From the NCBI GenBank assembly GCA_964633595.1, contig CAZWGV010000003.1, positions 1-60,718 on the forward strand: DNA of 60,718 nucleotides, in the 5' to 3' direction. Origin of the DNA: an uncultured Coriobacteriaceae bacterium (lineage in GTDB: Bacteria; Actinomycetota; Coriobacteriia; Anaerosomatales; CAZWGV01). Position numbers and translations under genes: made by a program. Under the pieces are notes generated by a model, which saw only the letters and a list, made by a program, of their open reading frames with translations, made no database searches and was not told the origin of the DNA. Of this stretch, positions 48,716 through 58,224 are shown in pieces (position 1 is the stretch's first letter; each line of letters starts with the position of its first letter).

Positions 48716-49299
48716 CGGTCCCCGGCACCTCCCCTCCATGACGCCAGGCTTACGGCGGTGTCTCCATACTTGCGCGACGTTTGCTCATCGAACCCGTCAG
48801 GCCACTGCACCAGCAACGAAGCGGCATGCTCCCAGACCACGACCGCTCCGGGTTCCAGCAGCCCGAACCTCCCAAGGTCACCGAGTACGCCCGCGACCAG
48901 GGGCGAGCCGATTCTATAAGGAGGGTCGACGAAGAGCAACGCGAACGGCCCACCAGGAACACTCCCCTTGCGGGCCAACCGCTGCACGTCGGCGCGGACA
49001 GCCGTGGCCCGCGCGTCGAGGTCGAGCATGCGCAGGTTCGCGCGGAGCAGGTCGAAGGCGATCCGATCGGATTCAACGAATGTGGCACCGCGGGCGCCTC
49101 TCGACAAGGCCTCCAGGCCAAGCGCACCGCTCCCCGCAAAGGCGTCCAGAACTCCCGGCTGGCCGAGGTCGTTTCCCAGCGAGCTGGCGAGTATGTCGAA
49201 GATGGCCTCGCGGACGCGGTCTGAAGTGGGCCGAGTGACTCGGCCACGGGGGGCGGCGATGCGGCGTCCGCCCAGCTGGCCCCCGACGATCCTCATCAT
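48712..49299 (-). CDS. rsmD: 16S rRNA (guanine966-N2)-methyltransferase
   Basis: MMRIVGGQLGGRRIAAPRG...RPTSDRVREAIFDIL...DAFAGSGALGLEALSRGA...DPPY. The ATG overlaps the recG TGA. Confidence 0.92.
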   Translation of the reverse strand: MMRIVGGQLGGRRIAAPRGRVTRPTSDRVREAIFDILASSLGNDLGQPGVLDAFAGSGALGLEALSRGARGATFVESDRIAFDLLRANLRMLDLDARATAVRADVQRLARKGSVPGGPFALLFVDPPYRIGSPLVAGVLGDLGRFGLLEPGAVVVWEHAASLLVQWPDGFDEQTSRKYGDTAVSLASWRGGAGDR

Positions 49300-51413
49300 C
49301 CACTGCTCACCCAGTTCCAAGCAGCCTGAAAGCGCCTGTGAAGCTCCAGCGCGAGGGGAGCGTGCTCGGGATCCCTCAGGCGCGGATCGGCAGCGATCAT
49401 CGCTCGGGCATCCTCCCTAGCCTGCCCCACGAGCTCGCTGTCATCCCGTATGGAGGCGATCTTCAAGTCGGGTAGCCCGTGCTGACGCTCTCCGAGGAGC
49501 TGGCCTTCTCCCCGCAACGAGAGGTCCGCCTCGGACAGCGCGAACCCGTCGCTCTGCTCGACGATCGCGCGCATTCGCTCGCGCGCCTCATCGGTGATGG
49601 GGTCCGCGAACAACAGGAAGACGCCAGGCACCTCTCCCCTGCCGATCCTGCCCCTCAACTGGTGGAGCTGTGCCAGTCCGAATCGCTCAGCGTCTTCCAC
49701 GATCATCACGGTAGCGTTGGGCACATCCACACCGACTTCGATGACGCTCGTTGCCACCAGCACGTCCACCTCGCCGGCACGAAAGGCGTCCATCACCGCG
49801 GTCTTCTCGGATGAGGGCATACGTCCCGTGAGGAGCGCGACCCTCAGGTCAGGGAAGACCTCTTCCTCCAGGCGCTTCGCCTCCGAGGAAGCTGCGGTCG
49901 CCGAGGTGGCGTCAGACTCCTCCACCAGCGGACATACAACGTAGGATTGGTGGCCCGTCTGTGCGGCGCGACGCACCGCGGCGTATGCCTCTCGACGCTC
50001 CCGGCGGGTGACAAGCCTGGTTTCCACGTGGGACGCTATCGTGCGCCCTCCGGGTCGCTCGCGCAGCCATGACGCATCGAGATCGCCGTACAGCGAGAGT
50101 GCCAGGCTGCGCGGGATCGGCGTCGCCGTCATGACGAGCATGTCCGCGGCTGGGCCCTTCGCTCGCAGTCCCAGGCGCTGAGCCACTCCGAACCGATGCT
50201 GCTCGTCTACGATAGCCAGCGTGAGACTGCGGAAGGCAACGCCCTTCTCGAGAAGGGCGTGGGTGCCGAAGACAACGCCCGCTTTGCCGCTGGCGATCCT
50301 GGACAAGGCTTCTCTGCGCTCGGCTGCCGACAGCGAGCCTGTCAGCAACGCCCACTCGACGCCAACTTCGTCGAGTAGCGGACCGACCTTGCGCGCGTAC
50401 TGAGCGGCAAGCACTTCCGTGGGCGCCATCATCACCGCCTGCGACCCCGTGTCGACCGCTGCACAAAGCGCGAAGACGGCAACTGCTGTCTTGCCCGACC
50501 CCACCTCACCAACGAGCATCCGGTTCATAGGACGTTCTGACGCCATGTCGCCGAGGATCTCGGCCACAGCGGTCTGCTGGTCCTCGGTTGGGTCGAACGG
50601 GAGCGCATCCCAGAGCCTGCGGACAAGTGGGCCGTCGACCGAGTGCTGCGTGCCCGGCCTCTCGTCCACCACAGAGTGCCGTCGCATCGCAAGGCCCAGC
50701 TGAAGCGTCAGCAGTTCGTCGTATGCAAGGCGCCTGCGAGCTCTCGAAACGTCATCCCACGAGTCCGGGAAGTGAACCCGCAAGATCGCGTGTGAGAGCG
50801 GGGCCAGATCTCTCTCGGCACGGATCTTCGCCAGCAACGGGTCGGGGACATCTCCGAACTCCTGAACGGCTTCGCGCACTAAGCGACGGATCCAGTTCGT
50901 CGATAGCCCCTCTGTGGCCCCGTGGACCGGGAGGATGCGTCCCAGCGTGCTCGCGTCGTCCTCGGCACCCAGTTTCTCGTAGAAGGGCGTTCGTATCTGC
51001 TTAAGCCCGAAGTCCATGGAGACCTTGCCAGCAAGGGCGACCCGCTCCCCCACCTTGAACCTCTGCGCCATGTAGGCCTGGTTGAACCACACGCCGACCA
51101 GTGCGCCGGTGCCGTCGACGATGGCCACCTCGGTCACCGACAGTCGCCGTCTGGGCCGCTTCATCTTCACGTCATGCACCGTGCCCACCACCGTCACGTC
51201 CGCTCCGGGGCGTACCTGGCCGAGAGCGGGCGTAGACGTGAGATCCATGTAACGGTGAGGGTAGTGACGAAGCAGGTCGCCTACGGTTGTAATGCCGAGG
51301 CGCCCGAACGCCTCCACGCGGACAGCGTCGACCAACCGTACCGCGGAAACTGGCAGATCCCACGCGGCCAGGCGTTCAGCTCTGGACGCGAGGTGCAGCG
51401 CGGGTGCGCTCAT
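49296..51413 (-). CDS. recG: ATP-dependent DNA helicase RecG
   Basis: Wedge/OB domain, then helicase motifs (GEVGSGKTAVA, DEQHRFG, TATPIPR, QLHQLRGRIGRG). The ATG at 51413 lies 4 nt after the degV stop. Confidence 0.96.
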   Translation of the reverse strand: MSAPALHLASRAERLAAWDLPVSAVRLVDAVRVEAFGRLGITTVGDLLRHYPHRYMDLTSTPALGQVRPGADVTVVGTVHDVKMKRPRRRLSVTEVAIVDGTGALVGVWFNQAYMAQRFKVGERVALAGKVSMDFGLKQIRTPFYEKLGAEDDASTLGRILPVHGATEGLSTNWIRRLVREAVQEFGDVPDPLLAKIRAERDLAPLSHAILRVHFPDSWDDVSRARRRLAYDELLTLQLGLAMRRHSVVDERPGTQHSVDGPLVRRLWDALPFDPTEDQQTAVAEILGDMASERPMNRMLVGEVGSGKTAVAVFALCAAVDTGSQAVMMAPTEVLAAQYARKVGPLLDEVGVEWALLTGSLSAAERREALSRIASGKAGVVFGTHALLEKGVAFRSLTLAIVDEQHRFGVAQRLGLRAKGPAADMLVMTATPIPRSLALSLYGDLDASWLRERPGGRTIASHVETRLVTRRERREAYAAVRRAAQTGHQSYVVCPLVEESDATSATAASSEAKRLEEEVFPDLRVALLTGRMPSSEKTAVMDAFRAGEVDVLVATSVIEVGVDVPNATVMIVEDAERFGLAQLHQLRGRIGRGEVPGVFLLFADPITDEARERMRAIVEQSDGFALSEADLSLRGEGQLLGERQHGLPDLKIASIRDDSELVGQAREDARAMIAADPRLRDPEHAPLALELHRRFQAAWNWVSSG

Positions 51414-51417
51414 CCGC

Positions 51418-52266
51418 TCAGTCCACTGGGTAGTAGGCGAACCCCACACATCCCGGGCCGGCGTATGTGCCTATGACTGCACCGATGTAGCCACTGGACT
51501 CGATCTCGACGTTTGCGCCAGCCTGCTCAAGGAGCACGCGCAGTTCGTCAGCGCGATCGGGTGCCGCGGCGTGCAAGAGAGCTGCTCGGGCTGGCGATCC
51601 GGCCGTATCCGCCGCCACGTGCGCCGCAAGCTCGGCCATGGCTTTCCGGCGCCCCTTGACCTTCTTGAACGGCTCCACGACCCCGTCCTTGAACGTGAGG
51701 ACCGGCTTGATGTCGAGGAGGGAGGCAGCGAGCCCTTGCGCTTTGCCCGCACGTCCACCCTTCACCAGATACTCCAGGGTGTCAGGTATGAAGAATATCC
51801 TGCAGCTGCCGGCCACCCGGACAGCCACATCCTCAATGGCTTGAGCATCGGCACCCGTTGCGCGTGCCGCGACCGCAGCCTTCGCGACAAGACCGACGGC
51901 CTGGCTCACCAGGCGCGTATCCACCACGCGCACCGGAACCTTGGACTCGCCAGCGGCTGCCTGGGCGGACTCGCACGTGCCAGAGAGCTCCGCCGTCAGG
52001 TGTATCGAGACGATCTCATCCACGCCCCTCGCGGCCAAACCCTCGTAAGCGGCAGCGAAATCTGCCGGCGAGGGTTGCGACGTCTTGGGGAGCGTGGGGG
52101 ATTCGGCCAGCTTGCGATAGAACTCGTCGGGCCCCAGCTCAGTCCAGTCCAGATACGACGTCTCACCGAAGAGGACCTTCAGCGGGACGTGAACGACGTC
52201 ATTGGCCTCACACCACGCCGGCCCCAAATCGCAAGTGCTGTCTACGACGATGCCTACCTGGGTCAA
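51418..52266 (-). CDS. DegV family fatty-acid-binding protein (FakB-like)
   Basis: The TTG at 52266 gives MTQVGIVVDSTCDL..., the canonical DegV N-terminus, preceded by GGGGTGGGAG. The remainder is colinear with the DegV fold motifs (TSQPSP). Confidence 0.88.
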   Translation of the reverse strand: MTQVGIVVDSTCDLGPAWCEANDVVHVPLKVLFGETSYLDWTELGPDEFYRKLAESPTLPKTSQPSPADFAAAYEGLAARGVDEIVSIHLTAELSGTCESAQAAAGESKVPVRVVDTRLVSQAVGLVAKAAVAARATGADAQAIEDVAVRVAGSCRIFFIPDTLEYLVKGGRAGKAQGLAASLLDIKPVLTFKDGVVEPFKKVKGRRKAMAELAAHVAADTAGSPARAALLHAAAPDRADELRVLLEQAGANVEIESSGYIGAVIGTYAGPGCVGFAYYPVD

Positions 52267-52352
52267 TACTCCCACCCCTTCCCCACGCTGTCGGACCGTT
52301 CTCGGCCAACGCACCTTTCGAAGACGCCCTGTTGCCCAAGCGTGGCGCCCGG

Positions 52353-53969
52353 CTACTCGAACGCCATGAGCAGATGATAGACGGGCTGATCGCCGCGCAC
52401 AGTCTCGATCTCGATCTCTGGATGCCGCTCCGCCAGAAGTCGTGCCACCTGGGAGGCATCCTCGTCAGTGAAGTCCTCGCCAGCGAGGAGTGTGGCGGTC
52501 TCGGCGTCCTCGGCGAGCATCTCCGCAAGCTCGAGAGCGACGCTGGTCACATCGTCGCCGATCACTTCCACCTCGTGATCGCGGATCCCGATGACTTGCC
52601 CTGCCCGCACTTGTCCCGCCCTCCCGGAGGAGTCCTTCACAGCGACCGTGACCTCGCCCGTACGCACCGCGCCAGCCGCCTCCTCCATCGCCACCGCGTT
52701 GTCGGCAAGCTGCGCCTCCGCATCGAATGCGAGCATGGCCGAGAAAGCCTGTGGCACAGAAGTAGTGGGGACAACGGCTACCTGACGATCGAAGACGGCA
52801 GGCACCTGCTGCGCTGTCAGAAGGATGTTGCGGTTGTTGGGCAGGATGATGTAGGAGGCTGCATCCACTCGACGGCACGCCTCCAGCAGCTCCTTTGTGG
52901 ATGGGTTCATCGTCTGCCCACCGTTGACCACAACGTCCACGCCGAGGCTCTGGAGGATGCCCGCCAATCCCTTGCCTGCGGCAACGGCCACCACCGCCAC
53001 GTCCTTCTGGGGTGCCTGCGGGGTCTCGCGGCGTAGAGCGTCTGTGCGCTCCGCCGTCTGCCTGCGCATGTTGTTGATGTGTACCTGTTCGATCTCCCCC
53101 AGGGCGGTCGCTTTGGCAAGCACCTCTGCCGGGACATCGGTGTGTACATGGATCTTCAGCATGCTCGAGTCCCCCACAACGAGTTCCGAGCCGCCGAGTG
53201 CGATGACCCACTCCTGGACTGACGAGCGGTCCAGGTCGTGCCCATGGAGCGAGAACTCCGTGCAGTACAGGTACTCCTGGTCGTCCCAGTCGTCTGCCGG
53301 GACGATGGTGGGAGTCTCGGACTCAGCCGTCACCACGTCCGCGAGCCGCACATCAAGCCCCTCCAGGGCGGCGACGAATCCTTCGGCGAGAATGGCGAGG
53401 CCCAGCCCGCCGGCGTCCACGACGTTGTTCTCCCTGAGCACCGGGAGCAGGTCGGGACTGCGTCTCACTGAGTCGTACGCCGCGGATACCACCTGCTGCA
53501 GGAGGGTGTCGATGTCCACTCCCGCTTTCTCAGCGGCAACGGCAGCTCTGGCAGCGTCCTTTACCACGGTGAGCATCGTGCCCTCGACGGGCTTTCGAAC
53601 GGCCTGATACGACACGGCCGCCGAGCGCTCCAGCGCCGAAGCCACCACACTGGGCGTCACGGTCTCTGCAGCGCCCAGAACATCGCAAAGCCCACGAAGA
53701 ACCTGGCTCAGTATCACACCAGAGTTGCCACGAGCGCCCATGAGGGAACCATGGGCGACGGCCTTGCAGGCCGCGTGGCGTCCGGGGTCGGGCGGCAGAG
53801 CCTCGACCTCGGCCATGACCGAGTCCATCGTGAGTGACATGTTGGTCCCGGTATCGCCATCGGGAACCGGGAACACGTTCAGGCGGTCGACGTCGGCGAC
53901 CCGATCTTTCAGGGCCCGAGCCGCCCCTGCGAGGAGTCGCAGGGCGTCCACTTCGGGATGTGAGGCCAT
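52353..53969 (-). CDS. DAK2-domain protein (YloV / fatty acid kinase FakA-like)
   Basis: 538 aa with an N-terminal DhaL/Dak2 domain (DGDTGTNM, RGNSGVILSQ) and a C-terminal DegV-like/FakA region. It has the conserved asp23-yloV-(degV)-recG context known from Firmicutes. Confidence 0.88.
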   Translation of the reverse strand: MASHPEVDALRLLAGAARALKDRVADVDRLNVFPVPDGDTGTNMSLTMDSVMAEVEALPPDPGRHAACKAVAHGSLMGARGNSGVILSQVLRGLCDVLGAAETVTPSVVASALERSAAVSYQAVRKPVEGTMLTVVKDAARAAVAAEKAGVDIDTLLQQVVSAAYDSVRRSPDLLPVLRENNVVDAGGLGLAILAEGFVAALEGLDVRLADVVTAESETPTIVPADDWDDQEYLYCTEFSLHGHDLDRSSVQEWVIALGGSELVVGDSSMLKIHVHTDVPAEVLAKATALGEIEQVHINNMRRQTAERTDALRRETPQAPQKDVAVVAVAAGKGLAGILQSLGVDVVVNGGQTMNPSTKELLEACRRVDAASYIILPNNRNILLTAQQVPAVFDRQVAVVPTTSVPQAFSAMLAFDAEAQLADNAVAMEEAAGAVRTGEVTVAVKDSSGRAGQVRAGQVIGIRDHEVEVIGDDVTSVALELAEMLAEDAETATLLAGEDFTDEDASQVARLLAERHPEIEIETVRGDQPVYHLLMAFE

Positions 53970-53986
53970 GCGTCTCCCAGTCCGTG

Positions 53987-54337
53987 TTATTGCTTGCGCA
54001 CCTTGATGCCGAGGACGTGCACCTCGACATCTTGGACCTCTACATCCGCCATATGGGTGAGTACGTACTTCACCCTGTTGGCGAGGTTTCGCGAGACCTG
54101 AGTGATGTTGGTGCCGTGCTCTACGATCACGTGGAGGTCGACGCGGACCGAATCGCCCTCGCTCTTCACGGTGACACCCTTGCGCAAGCGATCCCTAGAG
54201 AGCGCCTGCGCGACACCGTCCCGAAGCGACGGATTCGCCATTCCCACGATGCCGTAGCACTCCAGCGCCGCGAAGCCTGCCAGATCAGCCAGGACGTCGT
54301 TCGCTATGCGGATGTCGCCTCGCGTCTCGGTGGGCAC
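53987..54337 (-). CDS. Asp23/Gls24 family envelope stress protein
   Basis: GDIRIANDVLADLAGFAALECYGIVGM...VDLHVIVEHGTNI is the family pattern. The GTG at 54337 has GGGGGA 5 nt upstream. The ATG at 54379 (track start) lacks an SD and remains an alternative. Confidence 0.85.
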   Translation of the reverse strand: MPTETRGDIRIANDVLADLAGFAALECYGIVGMANPSLRDGVAQALSRDRLRKGVTVKSEGDSVRVDLHVIVEHGTNITQVSRNLANRVKYVLTHMADVEVQDVEVHVLGIKVRKQ

Positions 54338-54492
54338 TCCGATCCCCCAAGTCTTCGAGCTTCCCTTGCTCAGCCGCATCGCGGCGCCGCATCAAACGCG
54401 CCGGACTGGGCCTCCCGAGTATATCCGAATCGCAGCAACGTATCCGAGTGACGGGAGCGCCGTCGATCGCCGGCCACACCCCCCTCTCCCCC

Positions 54493-54522
54493 TTGTCCAC
54501 GCACCGCGACCCATGCTAGTAT
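54493..54522 (+). promoter_or_regulatory. sigma70-type promoter for rpmB
   Basis: Plus strand reads TTGTCC, an 18-nt spacer, then TAGTAT, about 70 nt upstream of the rpmB ATG in the divergent asp23/rpmB spacer. Confidence 0.55.
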
Positions 54523-54591
54523 CCATGAGCTTTTCGCCTGATAGGACCGCCCGGCCTGACGGCCGCGCTGCATGCGATGGGAGATAGGCAC

Positions 54592-54780
54592 ATGTCGAGG
54601 GTCTGTACAGTTTGCGGCAAGCGTCCAGTCGCTGGGCGCAACGTCAGCCACTCACATCGCGTGACGAACCGGGTCTTCTACCCCAACGTGCAGAAGGTCA
54701 CCGTGGTAGTGGACGGCTCGGTCAAGCGCATCAATGTCTGCACGAAGTGCATGAAGGCCGGCAAGGTACAGCGCGCCTGA
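54592..54780 (+). CDS. rpmB: 50S ribosomal protein L28
   Basis: [36 protein letters not shown]... (62 aa). GGGAGA lies upstream. This is the only supported plus-strand gene in the window. Confidence 0.95.
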   Translation: MSRVCTVCGKRPVAGRNVSHSHRVTNRVFYPNVQKVTVVVDGSVKRINVCTKCMKAGKVQRA

Positions 54781-54837
54781 CCTGCACTGCCTCAGCGGCC
54801 TGGCTCCAGATCGGTTCGATAGTCCGAGGTATCTCGT

Positions 54838-56862
54838 TCAGGCGCCGTGAATACGCGAGGCCTTGACAGCGCGCTCCGGGATCGATCGGCGGATCACCTC
54901 GGAGGCCACCTCTACGACCACGGGGTCGAACTGTGTCCCCGAGCTCTCGGTCAGCTCATCGAGCGCTTCGGACTGGGACATAGCTGCCCTGTAGGGTCTG
55001 TCCGACGTCATGGCGACGTAGGCATCCGCGACCGAGAGTATTCTCGCTCCAAGGGGTATCGCCTCGCCGGACACTCCCGCGACATACCCGCGACCGTCGT
55101 ACCACTCATGGTGGTGGTAGACGATGGGTACCACCTGCTTCAGAGCCGGCGCCTGCTCCAGCACTTCGGCCGCGATCACCGGATGCATCTTCAGAAGGCC
55201 GCGCTCCACTGTTGAGAGCGGCCTGTCCGCTACCGCCACCGTGTCGCCCGCAGCCGACATACCGATATCGTGCAGTAGCGCGGCGATCTCGAGCGCCCTC
55301 TCCTCGTCGGACGAGAGCCCCATCTCGCCGCCGATCGCCATCGACAGATCTACAACACGCTCAGTCGCGCCGCCCGCGTACGGGTCCTTCGTCTCCATGG
55401 CGACGGCGAACGCCCTCAGCGTGTCGAAGTAGAGACTCGACGCAGTGTCGACCGCCCGGGCGCTACGCAGGGCGACGGCTACCTGAGAGCCTAGGGTCTC
55501 CAAGGCGGTGAGGTGGGATGACGTGAACCCGGCCGGGAACGAGCGGCTGCCTACGTTCAGGACACCCAGCGTGCCGTCTTCGTCGGCGATGGGCACCGAG
55601 ACCGCCGATCTCACACCGTGCCTGCGGATATGCCGCGTTCGCTCGGGCAGATCCTCGACCAGCACGGATTGACCGCTCACGAGGACCCATCCGGCGATGC
55701 CCTCGCCCTCCGAGACCACAGTACCGGCCACCACATCATCGGGCAGGCCATGGGAAGCGGCGATCCGCAGCCTGCCGTCGTCGCCGAGCAGCATCACACT
55801 GCCCGTAGATGCTCCCGCGAGATCCATCGCGCGCTCGAGTGCGGCGTCGACGACGTCATCGGGCGCCACGAGGCGCGATAGCGTCCTGGCCATCTGCAAC
55901 AGCGCGTCGGCCGTCTTCTTCTGAGCACGCGCGATGTGCAGGGCGAGACACCCCGAGAGAGCGCCTCGGATGGGTGCTGTCGCCTCCACCAGCAGCGACC
56001 CATCGGGCCGCCTCTCCGCCAGCAGGTCTACCGCAGCAACCCCGCGCGTCCCGTTGGCGCCTATCGGGAGCGAGTATCTCCACTGGGTAAGGGTGATGTC
56101 ACCTCGGCGGAGGGTCGACAGGCTCTCCAGGGTCGCCACCCGTGTGGTACAGGCAACACCCATGGAACGCTCGTCCAACTCGGCGACCTCGAAACCAGGC
56201 TCGAGTGTCCCGGTAGCGTCGATCAGCCGCAAGGTGCTCGAGGCCTGATCCTCCAGCCAGATGTGGGCCGAGACGACCTCGCCCGCTCGTGCCGCGCTTT
56301 CCGTGAGGATGTCCAGCACGCTTTGGCACTCCAGCGTCGCCGGGAACCGGAGTGTGGCGGGGGCTGGCGGGGGTTGCGTGGGCGAAGGGGGCTCCTCGGC
56401 CGGTGTGGCCGCGGCCGGTGGTTGCTCCTCGGCGGGTGTGGCCGGTCCCACCTCGGCCGGTGCCGTCGCGCCCAGCGTTCGGGCGTCGGTTGGAGCGGGT
56501 GCCGGTGGCGCGATTTCGGTGGCAACGCGGCCCTGCACCGCCGGTCGGACCCCGCTCGGCGTAGCGCCGGGCTCGGCAGTCTGACTTGTCAGTGGTGGGG
56601 GTATCGCCTCCCCGGGCTGGCGCGGCTCGGAGAGAGGCGCTTCTCGCCGCTGAGGCGCCTGCCCGGTGCGCGACACGGTGATCGGGGCGAACGGCTCCTC
56701 GTCAGGACGTCGAGAATCGATGACCAGGAACAACAAGGTGCCTGCGACCAGAGCCAGAGCCAGCGCAGCAAGCGGGGCCGAACTCAGGGCGAGTGCAGCG
56801 ATACCTGCGATGAAGGACACCGCCGCCAATGCGGCGGACACACGGTTCGTTCGTGAGAGCAT
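54838..56862 (-). CDS. membrane-anchored GAF-domain HD-GYP phosphohydrolase (putative c-di-GMP phosphodiesterase)
   Basis: 674 aa with two N-terminal TM helices, a Pro/Ala-rich linker of about 130 aa, GAF-like regions, and a C-terminal HD-GYP domain (LLHDIGM, HHHEWYDGRGY). Confidence 0.88.
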   Translation of the reverse strand: MLSRTNRVSAALAAVSFIAGIAALALSSAPLAALALALVAGTLLFLVIDSRRPDEEPFAPITVSRTGQAPQRREAPLSEPRQPGEAIPPPLTSQTAEPGATPSGVRPAVQGRVATEIAPPAPAPTDARTLGATAPAEVGPATPAEEQPPAAATPAEEPPSPTQPPPAPATLRFPATLECQSVLDILTESAARAGEVVSAHIWLEDQASSTLRLIDATGTLEPGFEVAELDERSMGVACTTRVATLESLSTLRRGDITLTQWRYSLPIGANGTRGVAAVDLLAERRPDGSLLVEATAPIRGALSGCLALHIARAQKKTADALLQMARTLSRLVAPDDVVDAALERAMDLAGASTGSVMLLGDDGRLRIAASHGLPDDVVAGTVVSEGEGIAGWVLVSGQSVLVEDLPERTRHIRRHGVRSAVSVPIADEDGTLGVLNVGSRSFPAGFTSSHLTALETLGSQVAVALRSARAVDTASSLYFDTLRAFAVAMETKDPYAGGATERVVDLSMAIGGEMGLSSDEERALEIAALLHDIGMSAAGDTVAVADRPLSTVERGLLKMHPVIAAEVLEQAPALKQVVPIVYHHHEWYDGRGYVAGVSGEAIPLGARILSVADAYVAMTSDRPYRAAMSQSEALDELTESSGTQFDPVVVEVASEVIRRSIPERAVKASRIHGA

Positions 56863-56972
56863 ACGAGTCCGTCCGTGTCATGCCCCTCCAGATTGAGAGA
56901 GTATACCGTTACCCGCCGAGCGCGCATCATTCTAGTGGGCGCGACCCGTCCTACCTGGGAAGGAAACCCCTG

Positions 56973-57641
56973 CTAAGACCCCCGGTGGGACGCGACCTCT
57001 GCGGTGGGGCCCACCACGAGCACCAGAGCGCCGTGTTTGAGCGCGATGGTGGCAGTGCTCTCGGCCATCCTGTTGCTCACACCGAGGCTGCTCATGGGGG
57101 GCAAGATAGCGTTGTCCAGCTGCCAGACCAGGCCGGATGTGCGGACACCCTGGGCACCAGCCGGAGTGAGCAGTGAGACGGTTGCTTCGGGCTCACCCAC
57201 GAGCGTCACACTCTCCCTCACCCCGGCTAAAAGCGGCAACAGCGAGAAGCCGGGCTCCCTAGCCTCCCCTTCGATGTCCGCGCAGCGCAGAAGCGTCCCG
57301 ATCGCCGCCAGGGTGTGATCCAGCCTGCCCGAGAACGCACCCGTAAGAGTCAGCTCTGTTGCACCGATCTCCCGCGCCTCGTCCACGGCCAAGTCCAGGT
57401 CCGAGGCGTCCTTCTCCTCGGGAAAGACATGCACGCGGACACCTAATGCTGAGAGGCGCTTCTCGGCACCGGGGTCGGAGGAATCGAAGTCGCCCACAGC
57501 CACATCCGGCACGCGACCGAAGCCCACGCATGACTCAGCCGCCCCATCTGCGGCCACTACGACATCCGCGCGCGCCAGCAGCTCCCGGTAGAAGGAATCC
57601 TCTCCCAGAGCGAGCGCTGCCCCAACTACGAGCGCAAGCAT
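56973..57641 (-). CDS. thiN: thiamine diphosphokinase
   Basis: 222 aa with AADGAA, GDFDS and EKDASDLDLA motifs and a C-terminal thiamine-binding beta domain. It lies immediately downstream of thiT. Confidence 0.87.
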   Translation of the reverse strand: MLALVVGAALALGEDSFYRELLARADVVVAADGAAESCVGFGRVPDVAVGDFDSSDPGAEKRLSALGVRVHVFPEEKDASDLDLAVDEAREIGATELTLTGAFSGRLDHTLAAIGTLLRCADIEGEAREPGFSLLPLLAGVRESVTLVGEPEATVSLLTPAGAQGVRTSGLVWQLDNAILPPMSSLGVSNRMAESTATIALKHGALVLVVGPTAEVASHRGS

Positions 57642-57646
57642 GGGCG

Positions 57647-58222
57647 CTACCCGGCCGTCGCGCTCGGAGTTGCCCCCCTTGCGCGGTCAAGAGCAGGCAG
57701 AACCACTGCGGCTGCAGCGAGGCACGCCGCAGCGGATATCGGTACGTAGGTGTTGTAGATGACCGAGTACAGCCAAACCGGCTGACCCTCGGGAGCGAAA
57801 CTCCCGAAGTACACGATGCCCGAGATGACATGCGACGCGTAGCGCGCCGCCGCCCCGACGACCAGCGAGATCACGACGACCCCCCAAGCCAAGCCGTGAG
57901 AGCCCGCTGCCACGGCCTTTGCGCGTGCGGTGGCGCCGATACCCGCCAGACCCACCCCAGCGTAGGCGATGGGATAGTCGAGGAGGAGCTGCGCCCAGTG
58001 CACGGGCGGGTACGGGTTCACAACGAAGTCCACGAATCCATACGCCGCCCCCGCGAGAAGGCCGAGTAGCAGCCCGTGACGGAGCGCCACGATGAAGATG
58101 GGGAGCATGCCCAGGGAGATGCTCCCGCCCTGAGGCATCTGCCAGACCTTGAGTGTGTTCAAGACAGCGGCCAGAGCGATCGCCAGTGCCATCTCAACTA
58201 GCATCCTCACACGCGTATTCAC
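57647..58222 (-). CDS. thiT: ECF-transporter S component for thiamine (ThiT)
   Basis: 191-aa protein with six TM segments and the ThiT-like LKVWQMPQGGSISLGMLPI motif. GTG start with GGAGGTG upstream. It is preceded by a TPP riboswitch. Confidence 0.85.
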   Translation of the reverse strand: MNTRVRMLVEMALAIALAAVLNTLKVWQMPQGGSISLGMLPIFIVALRHGLLLGLLAGAAYGFVDFVVNPYPPVHWAQLLLDYPIAYAGVGLAGIGATARAKAVAAGSHGLAWGVVVISLVVGAAARYASHVISGIVYFGSFAPEGQPVWLYSVIYNTYVPISAAACLAAAAVVLPALDRARGATPSATAG

Positions 58223-58224
58223 GA

